Below the pieces are notes generated by a model. It was not told the DNA's origin. It saw nothing but the letters and a program-made list of their open reading frames with translations, and made no database searches. Shown piece after piece: positions 11,854 through 25,419 of a DNA stretch of 64,000 nucleotides. Numbering within the stretch: the stretch's first letter is position 1; each line of letters starts with the position of its first letter. This DNA is from Antedon mediterranea. Taxonomy: Eukaryota > Animalia > Echinodermata. Location of the stretch: the NCBI RefSeq assembly GCF_964355755.1, contig NC_092678.1, positions 12,832,352 through 12,896,351 on the forward strand, in the 5' to 3' direction. The translations under genes were made by a program, and so were the position numbers.

Positions 11854-14800
11854 AAGCTTAGGAGAAATATTACAAATCTTTGGATGAGTTTATAGCCAAT
11901 AACAAACATTTACGCTTATTCATTTACAACGATTTTGTTTTAGGTTCTGAAATGTAACGCTTACCACCACATCCAATATCTGGTCTGTCCGAATACTCAA
12001 ATTGAAAAGGATTGGTAGAACCTAGAACTTTTGAGCTAACAGTTGAGTACCACAACAAATCAGCCACCCCGACAAAACGTCGTGTGCCAGGAACACTTTT
12101 ACCATTTTTGTCGATTCCCAGGCGTACACGGAAAGTTGGCTTTGCGGCAATCTGAATGGTTCCAAGCTGTAAAATAAATAAAGCCTTACTAAATTTTCTA
12201 TCGCCCAAGTTAGTATTTTCTTCCTTTTGGAAAACTGAAAATGAAAAAAAAAACACCCACGCCAATCGTGTTGAAATAAAGTAATTTATGTAGGCCGAAA
12301 GAACATCTGTCAAGCCAAGCTTGATTTTTTCCTGGCTGATATTAGACCAACGGTTATTTCTTACTTATTATTATCATTCTGAGGAGGATGCTCGAAATAT
12401 TCACTCTCATCATTCAAAACTTGAAGTAGGTTTCCTTGCATTTTTAACAAGCTTGCTTTGTGGAACCGTACATAAATGAATGATATACGGTAACTTTATT
12501 GCAGAATAACTTACATTCAATCGAACAGGAGTTGGACCAGGCATACTTGTGTTTACCACTGGCGGCTGCAACAGCTCTGTGTATTCCGATTCAATGCTAA
12601 TATACTGGACATTTTTCGACGTCATTATTGTAAAAGTTACGTCTACCGCTTTTCCTGTTGAGTTCCCATCATGCCATATTGCAATCAATAGTATTACATC
12701 TTCACTAGAAACATAGACCAGAATACAATATTAATTTGTAAAATATCTAATGATATGTTAATTATAGAACACGGAGAGTGATTTTAGGAATACAAACATG
12801 TAATCTAACCGTCAATTCCTTGTTTCCAAATCATTAGTTACGATTAAAGTCATAACAATTTCACCAACGATAAACACTCATGAATGTTTATACTTGTCAA
12901 TTAAATAATGTACATCAAACAAAAAGAATTTTTAGAGATCATCGCTATTTACATTCGTTTTCTAAATACCAGCATTATTTATAACAGACGTTACCGTATC
13001 AGCTACAGTATCATCGTATTGATGGAAGATTAGATGATTAGGAAATATTCTGACGATGATTGTGAATTTGATATTATTTAGAATCAGTAGGTTGTTTATA
13101 TTTGTAACCTTGGCTACCAATCCAGTTTCTACATTTTTGGTTTAGTCTATACTTTTATTATATTAAAATAAACAGTTTTATCCAAGAAAGACGCATACCG
13201 TTTTACTCACCCTTTATAAAATGAATTAGTTTCGTATAAAATCTTAAATGACATCTTCGGTTCTTGGACTTTGTTAATCAATGTATGGACAGGTACTTCT
13301 CCAACCCAGATGTGAGTACCGTCACCAATCTGCATTCCTATTCCTAACCAGTGCTCAGAACCATTGACTACTTCGTCTGTATCGTCTAGAACAACTTCTA
13401 CTTCAAACGCTAAGACGTTATTGGAAGCGTCTTGGTCGGTCACCTCGATAAATCCCTCAATCCGCGTCACCGAACAGTCTTTAAGAATGCCATAGACATC
13501 GTCGGTGGCAATGTACTGCGTCTGAAAAGCATAATAACAGAACTCTGTCGAGTATGTACAGCATAAAGAGTCACTAACAAATGAAACCGACACTTTGTTA
13601 ATACTCCACTGGTTGCTAGTCTTGTTTGTTGAAAAGTTGTATGGCAGCGTGACTTCAATTATGGAATCGGCGATTCCTCTTGGAAACTCAACAACAAGGT
13701 TTATATGCACCGTTTGACCAACGTTAACATAGACGTTACCATCTTCAGACTGGTCGGTAACGTTCATCAAGAAATGCGGTAGTTTGCTGAAACCGACATT
13801 GACAGCTTCTTCTGCGGAGACTAAGCCGGGGTCATTAATCTCAGCCTTAATGTTAACTCGTAGATTAACTCCAGGTTTCACATCAGCTATAACAAGATGT
13901 ACAGATATAATAAATTGAAGCATGAATATGTAGTAAATAACAGTTCTTTTATGACTCCCCCACAAACTAAAAAAAAAACCCTGATGGAGAAAATATCATT
14001 TTCTTTTATTTATAATTATAAAGATTTTTAAACATTCTCTAGTACTTTTTGGACAGGATGGTATCTTTTGATGCACCTAGGTTGTAGATAAGAACCTTAA
14101 AACATTGTTAATCATCATCATTAATAGTAGTCAGATGTTTTGAAGTAACTTGTACTGTATACTAACACTTGCGACAGAATTAGCAAGGGATGCTCGGGAC
14201 AGTAAACGATTCAACCATTTTAATGATTTACTAATCAGTTTAATATTTAATACAGTTAATCTTCATAATAAAACACAATTTAGTTACCATTAACAGTAGA
14301 ATTTATGGTCCCTTCAAATTGAATGTCAGATAAAAAGTAAGAAATACTACTAAAAGACAAGATAATTTCTGATGTAACACCTACGGCTGGGGTGACAACA
14401 AAGTGGCTCTGAAAAAGAAAGTATAACTGAAGCATGATATCTCATAAATTTACCAAACCGCAATATACTTTAAAAAAGAAAATTAAACAATAAAATAATC
14501 CCAGCAGATCGCAATATTTTTAAGGCAGAAATTACGCTGTTTAATATGGATAAAATTATTACTGTGACGTAAGTATAGTCATACAATGAAACGTGAATAT
14601 ATGTTCCATTTCACATAATCCCGTGACGTCATGGCTAACATAGACGGCAACAATTGCAAGATAGCTTTCCTATTTCCTAAACATAATTCTCTTTCTCTAA
14701 AATTGACCTCATGAACAGAAGAATGCCAAGTAACAAATAATTGACCTCTTAAACAAGTAACAAATAATTATTAAGAAAGAAACCAAACTTACTGTTTTGG

Positions 14801-15067
14801 TTGAGTTTGTATTTCCGTTTCCTGTCAGAGTCCATACAAAAGAATTAGAGGACATATCGAACTGAAAACGAGGTTTATACTAGATTAAATTGAGTTTGTA
14901 TTTCCGTTTCCTGTCAGAGTCCATACAAAAGGATTAGAGGACATATCGAACTGAAAACGAGGTTTATACTAGATTAAATTGAGTTTGTATTTCCGTTTCC
15001 TGTCAGAGTCCATACAAAAGGATTAGAGGACATATCGAACTGAAAACGAGGTTTATACTAGATTAAA
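14801..15067. repeat. 89-bp tandem triplication spanning a splice acceptor and most of an exon
   Basis: Units start at 14801, 14890 and 14979. On the minus strand each reads atttaatctag|TATAAACCTCGT... Confidence 0.95.
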
Positions 15068-15428
15068 TTTACTGTAGGTGATGTTGACAACTCTCAATAG
15101 CGGATCTTGTATACTAATTATGATAATTTATCTTTTTTTTTTGTATTTTACCCACGAAGACCTAAAATGCTGATAATGCATTTGCGGCTCATATACTGTG
15201 GAACAATTTAAAATGTTTCTAATTCAACTGATCATGATACACATTCTATCGAAGTTGTCAAAACCCTTTTTAATTTTTTTCCCATTTTAAATGTTATGTT
15301 TCAAAGAAGAATCAAATTTATTTAGTTACCAGAGAAAAAGATTGATAGAGATGGCAGTAGAAATATTACTTACTTTACTATTATTGCCTCGTATTTCAAA
15401 CGTATCACCTCCAAACCGCTAGAACTTA

Positions 15429-16364
15429 CACATCATAATTCCGTAAAGCTAGTGGGATTCTAGTTAAATTTAGCCGTACGGTAAACTGTATACTAACGGG
15501 AATTACGTATGTGCATGTTCACTGAGAGTTGGTAGGGTACAAGTAAAGAGAACCAGGTTGATATTCTTAAAGATTAGTTAAATGAAACAGAGTAATATAT
15601 TATAAGCATGTATTCATGTTAGTTCTACTGTTACAGTGCCTTAGATAAGCACTTTCACGATAATAAAGATATATACCTCCATATTTTCAGCTGTAAGGGT
15701 GACTGTGAAGTCTGTTCCGGATGTCAATCCAGTTTAAGGAGTTGACAAATCATCACGAGTTTACAACCTGTTCCGCATAGCAGGAAGTCAACTAAAGTGC
15801 ATAAGCGTGCGACTATGTAGCGATTATCTCGGTCAGCTAGGTCGTTTTCTCCAAGTTGTATAATTACAACATCAGGCGACACAGGCCAAGCATATAATAA
15901 AGATGGGTATTGATGAAGTTTAATACATCTGTAGGCAATAACAAAGTTGTGTTTCGATAGTCTCATATTAGCCGCATTGTTGAACGGCGTGTTGGCATAG
16001 TCACGTAGCCTCCGAATAAAGGAGTGCCCGAAAAGGCATACCGTAATTGGCATGATACCTTTATAAATTAAAACAGTTACTTACAGAAACGAGGGAGAAT
16101 GCGTAAAATACAGTTGAATTCTGAAGAAATCACCGTCGAATAGTTAGGATGTGATACGAAAAATTACTCTCCAAATATATAATGACAACGATGAAATGGA
16201 ATTTGAAAATTGAGTTTTGACGCAGGACGTAGGTTTAGTCTTAATTAAAACAAAGGAGAGGATTAAACCACATGCGCCGCCGGCGATTTTTTTTTCCGTA
16301 CGAGAGTTCCTCCATCGGTTCGTTTCGGACTCAATCGACTCTAGCTTTACGGAATTATGATGTG
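15429..16364 (-). mobile_element. 936-bp element with perfect 24-bp terminal inverted repeats carrying an SGNH/GDSL-hydrolase-like ORF remnant (15724-16053)
   Basis: CACATCATAATTCCGTAAAGCTAG at 15429-15452 and its exact reverse complement at 16341-16364. ORF motifs GHSFIRRL and PDVVIIQLGENDL. Confidence 0.75.
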
Positions 16365-16419
16365 AATGAATATGAATTTCTTTTTTGAGGATCAATAAAA
16401 GTTATCTTATCTTATCTTA
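16365..16419 (+). mobile_element. Short LINE-type 3' tail (Rex1/Babar-like GGATCAATAAA + (TCTTA)n) abutting the TIR element
   Basis: aatttcttttttgaggatcaataaaagttatcttatcttatctta. Confidence 0.5.
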
Positions 16420-19400
16420 GTATTGATGAAGAAGTCCGTCTTCACTTTGTCTCCTGCTCCATAGTAGAATTTTGAATCGTTAACATTTATGCTCACATCC
16501 ATGACGGTATCAATAACTTAAGTTAACAGTAAAAAAAAAATCAAATGGTTTACGATTAGCTAGAAAAATATATGATTTTATTTACGATACTTTATCGTGA
16601 TTTTTGGAAAGCGAAGAATATTCCACTGTGTTTAAATCGGCAAATTACAACATACATGTAATGCTTTTGGCGGATTTTAAGATAAAGTTTAACAAATAAT
16701 TACCTGGACAACCGTACAGTTCCATTCTTAAACTTGGCCATCCACGTGCCTTATATGGATAAATTCGAATGTATCGAGCATTTACAGGAGAATTAAAAGA
16801 ATTGATAACGACACTGTATTTATCAAAATTTCCCGGAAACCGCTACAAATAAGATGTACAGATATCAATTTTTGATGATCTATTTTGTTTTCTCTTTTGT
16901 GGGGGCAGTCCACTATTATTGCACATATGAAAAACAATATGATAAAAGTTAGATAGATATATCTGTCTATCTGTCTGAGAAAATTTATATTACAGAGCTA
17001 AAACGATATAAAGATTGAAATTCAGTATTGAGATTCGGTATAATAATGATAAAATGATATATTGCACTATAAGATTGTGGTTTGTGTAAATACTTTAATA
17101 AAATTGTATATTTTTACATTGATAAATAAAGACATTTCGAACATAATATTGCTTTAAAGATTTACATAAATTATATGATAAAATAACTAATATACATTGC
17201 AAAGCTAAACCCAATTTTAAGCTACAATTACCTTTTTAATAATATTACGATAATTTAATAATTCATGGCTTTTATCTTGCTTGAATACATTGATAATAGT
17301 CAGACACTTGACTGCCTGTAACTGCCATATATCTAGTCTTGAAAATTAAAAAATGCTAAGAGTAAAATTACTTACTCCACCTTCTTCAGCAGTTATTTCC
17401 CAAAAAGTAGTTCCATTTGTGCTGTATTTGACCCTGTATTCCTCAACATATTTTTTATTGGTATGTCCTTGAGTGGCGACTTTAGTTACTTTGGTAATGT
17501 TACCAAGATCAACTTGAATCCAATGATTTTTAGGATTACCTGTTGCAGATGCCCAACACGATCTACCATGAAGTCTTCCCTTATACGGTTGAAAGTAATT
17601 AAGAGAACTATCAGCCGTCATCTGATTATCAGAAATTGCACCACTCTCAATTCCCAGAGCTGTATTGCACGATTCTATGAGTAAAATTTTGCTTACCAAT
17701 TCAATTCATTATCATTTAATATTATGTTTTAGCAATCAATCAAAGAGAATATTGACTTGGGTTTTTTATGGAATAAACACTGCCAAATTTATTATTTGAA
17801 CATTATTGTAAATATATATGTAAATGTATATAGTTCTGTTGAGTTTTCTCTATCTCTCATACGTGGTGCCGAAAACTTCATAATAATCTACATATTTGAA
17901 CCTTATTATGTAATTACCTGCACAGCTGTAAAGTTATATTCTCAAACTTGGCCAATCAACCCAGGTTTGTAGATAAATTCGAATATATTGAGCGTTTACA
18001 GGAGAGGAAAACGAATTAATAACAACACTGTTTTCATCAACATTTCCGATAAACATCTAGAATTTAGAAAATAAACATATCATTATTATATTATTAAATT
18101 ATGTAAGATTTTGCCGATTATTCATTAATTTTAATATTTATGAATGTCGTCCCAATGATTGTTCCTTTGAGTTATTAGAGTGATGTTAGGCCAGAACCAC
18201 CGGTAGATGGCGCTGTACATGACCAGAGCTTTAACGGAACACACTGAATACTTTCGTAGAAAAAAATCAGGTAATGACTTAAATGCCCTAGATATGTATG
18301 TTGTAGCCATCATTTTGACATTGTATCACATGGAACGCCTTATAATGGTTTCAAGAAACGCAGAAAACGTACGAAACAGTATATCTGTGCCAACAAGTGA
18401 ATTTTATAATTTTATTTAAAATACCTGTGACGTCACAAAGAACGTCATCTTCGGCATATATTCTGACTTTGGAAGCATAGGGATGTTCGGAAATATCACA
18501 CAAACAAAGTTAAAAATAATCATGCTGATTGGTGGATTAAAATAAATTTCTTTTAACAATTTCAACAAATTTTCGAGTGGGGATTATTATTCAAAGTGAT
18601 TTTTTTATTGGGGAGGTTTTGGGCGTTATTCAAATAAATTCCATCCTAATAATTAATACATTATTTAATTTAAACATCTTTTGAAACTAACTTCCGCGCC
18701 GTTTCTGCCCAAGAAGAAAGACGTTGTAGACGGCTTGCAACATGGGCAGACGTATCCTGGTCATAACGGGACACAGATAGCCCACAGTTATCCCTGCCAG
18801 CTTACTCAATAAAACTCGGCTATCGGGATTCACTCGATTTTGAACAAAAGGTCTTATCATCAGATCTCCCTATCTAATTTTATAATACTATTCCCCACAA
18901 TATACTCCGATGCTTTATGGCGTATATTTAATTTTATCTTTATTAATTTGCAGTATCATTTAATTTTTCAACTACTGTACCTTCACGCACGCGGTTCGAT
19001 CCGAAAGTAAACAAAAAAACTCAAATGGCTATAGCTACTAACGTCCAAATTAATAGAAACCAGGATGTTGCAAGGTGAACCTTGAAATTACTTAGACCGC
19101 GTAAAATTGAATTTGAATTGAAAATCTACTGATGAAATCAGAAACTTGGTGTTAAACCCTTTATAATACCTTCCTAATAAATATGGAACAATATCGTAAA
19201 AGTGGAAAATAATGTTATCAAATCTACGTTTTGCGTTACATCTGAGATAGATAAGGTAGGTAACCAAGGCGGAGATTTGTCCCAAAGTTTTCCAATGTGC
19301 TCGCCTATGTCAGAATTAACCATAATTTATATATAGATACGAAGGATCAATAGTTTGAAAGTAATCAGTAATAGAATGTGGTGTTCGGTTGTGATAAATA

Positions 19401-20303
19401 TCATAAACAAATTTAAGAACATATAATTCATTTCATTTATAAATATCAAGCATTTTTAAGTTTATAGAACAATGGCGGATCTCTGAAATGAGAAAAAGAA
19501 ATACATCTGACAATCATTTTTTTAAAGAAAATACGTTCCATATGTTAACATAGGAAATATAAATGGGTTATAAAGTGTAACTAAATTATCTCTAAAAAAT
19601 GCTTTAATTTAAAATGCTTTAATCCAGCCTTTTTTCTAGCTCTTTCACAAACATCATCAATGTGGAGTTTCCAAGGTAAGTGTTTGTCAAATTCTAACAA
19701 ATTTAATAAATGAACTACCTTTAATTAAAACATTGTTAATAGTTGAATAACATTGAATTCCAATAACTTAATTTTAAGAATGAAAAATCATATAATTAGT
19801 TGCAATTTTAAAGGAAGAAGGAAATATTGAAATGAGATATTTAATATATAGCATAGAGGCAAATATATAAATGGTGTTGAAATTGAAATTAATTTTACGG
19901 GTAGATTATCATAAACTGTAGCTTTTTTCTTGTCAAAAGAAGAAAGTAAATTAAAAACCCCAACCGGTGAAACAGTGAATTAATAGATGGTTGGACAAGA
20001 AAAGAAAAATTTATTAGGTCATCATTGCGAATATCTTTAGCTAACTCAGAACCGACATTAGTAAAGAAATGATTAAATTCATTAACAATTGCATTACCAT
20101 CCATAACATTAACATCGACGTCCGGTTTAGAGACTGTGATTTTGTCTGGTAGTTTGGTTGGCGATATCAAGTACCGTAGGTTATTTACTATCTGCCATGT
20201 TTTTGTGGAATCGTTTTTGTTATTTGAAATTAAATCGTTATAAAAAAATGTCTTTCAGCAGTTCTGAGTATTTTGGTTAAAGTATTTCTGTATCGATTAT
20301 AAT

Positions 20304-21626
20304 GCCCAAAAAAAAAAGAAGATTATTGTGTTGGCTACGTTTTGGGTAAATCCCAAAAATGGGTATGTCGGTAGAAAATTGTTTTAGAAAGTTTTTTTTT
20401 TTTCAGACCAAAAATGTGTTGGCGGGAAAAAAATAAACAATTTACACAAATGATACAAAAAGACTTTTACACATATTTCATAGCACCCTAAGCTCACAGA
20501 CGCTAGCTATAAATATTGTTTCGAAAATAGTTTTAAAAATGTTTATTAAACATCGGCCTAGCATTTTTAGGCATCCGGGCCTAGAGGGCTGCTAGGCCTA
20601 ACTACCATTTTGAAAGCCTAAAACAATCAAGATCGAAATAAACTATTTCCGCGTTATATGCCACCTTACGCGAGTTAACATATGATATTATATCAGATCA
20701 TAGAGATATTATGTTCAATATAATATCTCTATGATCAGATGAAAAATATTGAGTTTTATCTATACGTAATTACACTGGCATTAAAGATATAACATTAAAA
20801 TGTTGGCCGTTATGGGCCATATTTCGCCGATTTCTGATCGCGGGAAAAATCCCACCACCAGAGACATCGATCGATTGAGGCCTAGGCTAGAGGCATTATG
20901 TGCATGTCGGAACGGTTGGATTATCGCTATATAAATATTAACAAGTTTGAAAAAAAGAGCTTACAACAATCTTAGGTAAATTTTTATTAAAGGTATAGGC
21001 CTACTTGCTTTGCGAACAGTTCGAAATCGGATCGTAGTAGTAGTCATTATACAGTAAAACCTCGTGCGATGACAATGCCAATGACAATGACAATGATTCT
21101 TTATTTCTTTATCGACCCTTTTCAGGGTATGAAAGAACATTCTTTCAATCTTATACAGAAACAAACTAAACACTTCCAGACATAAATATTATTTGGTCTT
21201 ATACATAATTAATATATCGACAAGCAACATCGCCTGAACAACCTCGTGCGATGTGCGATCTGTTGTTCTTTGCAGCAGATCAACATTGGTAGAGGGTGTT
21301 TTTACAAATTCGATAACTATTCAAAACGTGTCTCAACCACTGTGTAATCAAAGCGTTTATTTATTTAAAACTTGGATCCCCCAAAATTGATAATCGCGTA
21401 TTCCGGTTACCACGTGACTGATTCACGGTTGTTTGTACACTTCTTTTTTACATGTCCGGCGGAGGTGAAGTATATTCGCCAATTTGGCGAATAAGACAAC
21501 ATTTTTTCACCATTTGGATTCACAATTGCCGTTTGGCTCACAATAAAAAAAGAAAAAAAAGACGACCTTCATTTTCGTCAGTTTAGGGTCGGCCGGGCGT
21601 GGCCAACATAATCATTTTTTTTGGCC
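20304..21626. mobile_element. Non-autonomous DNA element with degenerate GGCC(A)n...TGTTGGC TIRs, possibly PIF/Harbinger-like
   Basis: TAAT is duplicated at 20300-20303 and 21627-21630. Removing the element restores the LINE codons S-D-Y-N-R. Confidence 0.7.
20699..20731. mobile_element. 33-bp TIR-only micro-element with 7-bp TSD
   Basis: ATCAGAT|CATAGAGATATTATGTTCAATATAATCTCTATG|ATCAGAT. Confidence 0.75.
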
Positions 21627-22131
21627 TAATCAGAAAATAAAGTTGGTTCAAAATTTTATTTTAAAACATTAGAATATAATTTATGTTTCTTTCTTATAGA
21701 CTTTTTAAATTGCTTTGGTTATCCAAAGTTTCTTCCTTTTAATTTTTGTAAGACTTCATACAACAGGGGCATGCAAATCACACAGAAAAGAAATTATAAT
21801 ATGATTCAACATCAGAACATGAATAGACATCAAACCAATCAACATTTGATAAACATTAAGAAAAGCGCGCCTCTGAGTTGAATTTGGAATAGTCGCAAAC
21901 AAAAAATATATCTTCTTTGGTGGAAACGTAATTATTTTCGAATAAAAAGAGAAATGATCAGAATATATACAAGCTAAAGTTTACAAATATTTGAATAAAT
22001 ACGGTCATTTAAAGTGGAAGATTCATTTGTAACTCTAGTAGTCCATGGGCTGGAGGGGTTACCATGCACCCTTCCCCCTCCCACCAACAGGTAAACTTCT
22101 TCTGAAACAAAATGATGTTAACAAGAAAAAT

Positions 22132-22423
22132 ATAATAATAAAATAGTTCATTCTTATATTGCGTTCTACAAGCAAGCTTCTCTACGCTGAACATTGTTAC
22201 CCCAGTCATTTTTTGTATGGAAACATATTCCCATAATACAGGTAGTAATCAGAGCAAAGTTGTGTCTTGATCTAACCGGGTTCCCATTTATACACCTGGG
22301 TGGAGAGGCAAACGTAAGTAAAGTATCTTGCCTAAGGATACAAGCAATGCGGCGAGAGTTAGATTCGAACCTCGGTCTCACGATCAGTAGTCCAACGTCC
22401 AACACCCTGCGCCACATGCCCTC
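22132..22423 (-). mobile_element. tRNA-derived SINE with CORE/MIR-like central domain and L2-like tail
   Basis: Head gagggcatgtggcgcagggtgttgg, B box GGTTCGAATC, core gtatccttaggcaagatactt...ccacccaggtgtataaatggg and an (TTA)n-type tail. Confidence 0.85.
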
Positions 22424-25419
22424 ACGTATATAGATATATTAAAAATTGTTAGTTACAGTGTAAATAATACAATACTAAGAAGAAAGGAATAGTTTTGTGG
22501 GATCAAGGACTAAAGAAAAAAAAAATGAAGGTTTCAGGTGACAAGACTTTTACTGATATCAAAACTGATATCAAAGGGCGAGTTATATCATTTCAACGAT
22601 ATTTGAAAATGTTTGGAAAACAAAACTACTAATTAATTGTTTATCCTGATACGATGTAAAAATGTACATACCCCACCACCTTCAGCGTCAATAAAGTTAG
22701 TGCCATCGATGCCATATTTGATGCTGTATTTCGAGACTGACCCTCGACTACCTCCTTGAGTCGCCACTTGGGTTATATACGTTATGTTACCAAGATCTAC
22801 TTGAATCCATTGACTGACATTGGCGGTAGCAGGTGACCAAGACTTATTGCCATGTAGCCTTCCATGATGGGCTGAAACATTATCGTAGGAACTTGATGCA
22901 TTCATCTGGTTATCAGGGATGTCACCACTCTCAATTCCTAGATCCCTATCGCATGATTCTTTAAATAAAATAGTAACTTTATAAAGTCTTCATTCTCTTA
23001 GTCTCAGAAAATATTTTTTCATGATTAACATTTTTAATGTAAACATTATTGAACTAATCAGATAATAGTGAACATTTTCTATAAATAAATTTTAAAAAGA
23101 TCAGTCTTGTAAAAGGTGTTTTTTTTAAATGAAATTGCTATTCGTTCAGGTGAATTAAAACTAAAACCGCAAAAGTCGTATCGTCTTGGTAATAAATGCA
23201 ATATTGAAACATAACTTTCTCCAATATTTTAAATTTAGGTCTATTAAGATGAGCATTGTTTGGCATATTTCCTCTCCATATCAACAGTATGGAACATACT
23301 TGTGGGTACAAACACAAACAGGCGTTATGAATAGCTAAAATCACTCAAAACCAAGAATGTAAATGTCATATAAATTTCTACTGAATGAAACTTAGGCCTA
23401 CTGCTATTTCTTAAACTTTTAATTTAAATTAAATCTTTAAGGGGTTATGATATGCCTATAATTTTACATTTAATTATAAAAATTCAGGTTAAATTTGATT
23501 CAGATCTAAAAAGTTTGACTTTTCAATGGCTTAAACTATTAAGAGACACACAACAACATTTAAAGATAAATGTGAAGATAAAGATAAACCATAACATAGC
23601 AAAATAATATTTTCTAATTCATTTTGTTCTACAGGAAAATGTATATTTATAGTGGATCGTTATCGTCCTAATAACAAATGAAATTTAATTTTGTTTCAGC
23701 ATTTATTAATCTAAAATATAACAGAAGGCCCTCATACCTTTACTCATATGCAGTATTATCCAAAGAAAAACACAGACAATTGTCCAACAAGCCATTATTA
23801 AGTTATCAAAACAATCCGCAGTTAATCGACATTGTCCAATCCGTCGAAAAAAAACCCCGAATGCTTTACGTCTATAACAATTTCGCTTTGACACACGTAA
23901 TGATTTGTGTAACTTATAACAGTTATAGTGTTATGTGTGAATAAGAAATGTCATATTCTTAATGAATTTTAATTATTAGTCAAGGTTAAATGTGGCAATT
24001 GTATTATTAATAAATTAAATCAATATTAAATAAAAATAGATAATTTATTCAGAGTCACACAATTTCAATAAAACGATACTTTTAATTCATAACACACCCT
24101 ATAATCATATTTCATAGTTTTTAATTTAATGCCATATGGGAGTCAGAATAATACTTATATTGTACTATGTTGAATAATGAGTTGATGTTGTTTTGATATT
24201 AAATAATTATACTTTCATGAGAGCGGCATTAAACTTGCTCATAAAACCAAAACGTGCAAGGTAATACAGAATTTTGTATTATTCATTGTCACAGGTTAAT
24301 TGGATGGCAACCCTTTTCTTCTAGTACAAATATTGACAATGTAAAATTAGCTAAAGCTTGGAAGTTCCTCTAGAGACGCAATGCAAGGAACGAGCTGACC
24401 AATGAATTCGAATAACCCACCGCTTGTGATTGGTCAAATCAGGTTGCATTACGTCGTTATGTTGCGTCTCTCTATTAAGATTAAGATTGATGTGTACGTG
24501 TGTCTTTGCATACTAATAATTGGAATTTACCACGTATAGAAAATAATTGTTGTTTCTATGATGCACATTAACAGAAGGTATACTTTTGTTAAATTTCATC
24601 GAAGAATGTAATTTATGATAAAAATTAGAATGTTGTAAATGTAAGTTGTAGACAAATAAGTTTCTCAGTGATTGGCGGTACAAATTTGCCACACAAAGAA
24701 ATACATAGCGAAATAATGTTCATTATTATATTTATTTTTAAAGTTCATAGCATTCTTTACAGTAATGAGATTTTAAACGTGATACATGCGAAATGTAATT
24801 ACTGTATAATAATCGTTATATCCCACTACATAAATCCGAATACAAATACATTATTTAAATAATACTGTATATCTAAAATCCAAAGTTAAATTTCAAACAA
24901 AGAGACCAAAAATAATTCCAAAAAAACATTTTAAAGTCACATATTGTTCACTTTGACCAACAGTTGGATCGAAAAAAAAATATTACTTGAAAACTTAAAT
25001 TTAACAGTTTATTTTGTCTCCTTTTGTAGTGAAATAATCTTGTTTGGGATTTTTTATTCTACGGAAGTGAATGTCTTCATTCTTTCATGATTTTGGGTGA
25101 TAATGCATTTTTAAGCTTTGCGTACACGATTATTTCTTAAGATTATACACTCTTTCATTGTTACAGTACTTTATGATATTCAAAATGTACGCATTTACAG
25201 AGGTAAGGTTAGACTTGTCCCAAATTCTTTTTTATATAGTTCACCAGTCGGCATTTCGATGTTACGAGCTCAAATAGGATACGTATAAAAAGCCATATGT
25301 GCCAAAATATTCATCTTTTTACTAATAATAAGTCAAAACCCTTTCTAGAACCCAGACTAAGGAAAGATAACATACTGTAGTAAAACTAGTGCATTGAACT
25401 TATAAACAGTAGGCCTACA

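Larger units (their letters stand above)
19300..21880 (-). mobile_element. Decayed CR1/L2-group LINE ORF2 fragments, interrupted by a DNA element
   Basis: The minus-strand peptide LWITKAI..SIRKKHKLY...SD|YNRYRNTLTKILRTAE...KTWQIVNNL...NEFNHFFTNVGSELAKDI reads continuously once 20304-21626 is removed. Confidence 0.8.
6035..22958 (-). pseudogene. Spliced pseudogene of a multidomain extracellular-type protein: 2x discoidin (F5/8C), beta-strand-rich region, C-type lectin, Cys-rich module and a BNR-like C-terminus ending in CC*
   Basis: GT-AG exons: 22672-22958, 17918-18056, 17376-17674, 16704-16842, ~16420-16516 (interrupted), 14793-14879, 14288-14408, 13211-13886, 12515-12704, 11965-12166, 10718-10929, 8209-8422, 7794-8045, 7271-7423, 6801-7001, 6035-6093. 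Motifs: WIQVDLG/VATQG/LRMELYGC, WIGL/FKWTDGS, SKDNGVTW. Lesions: TAA at 17934-17936, an exon insertion at 15429-16419, and TAA at 8001-8003 plus frameshifts around exon 7794-8045. The first exon was not found. Confidence 0.8.

Noticed and set aside
22350-22423. tRNA gene
   Set aside because: It has A/B boxes but no clean cloverleaf, and it continues into a SINE core and tail.
23138-23344. Signal-peptide first exon of the discoidin/lectin pseudogene
   Set aside because: The candidate donor near 23299 gives no open frame in the phase required by the exon at 22958.
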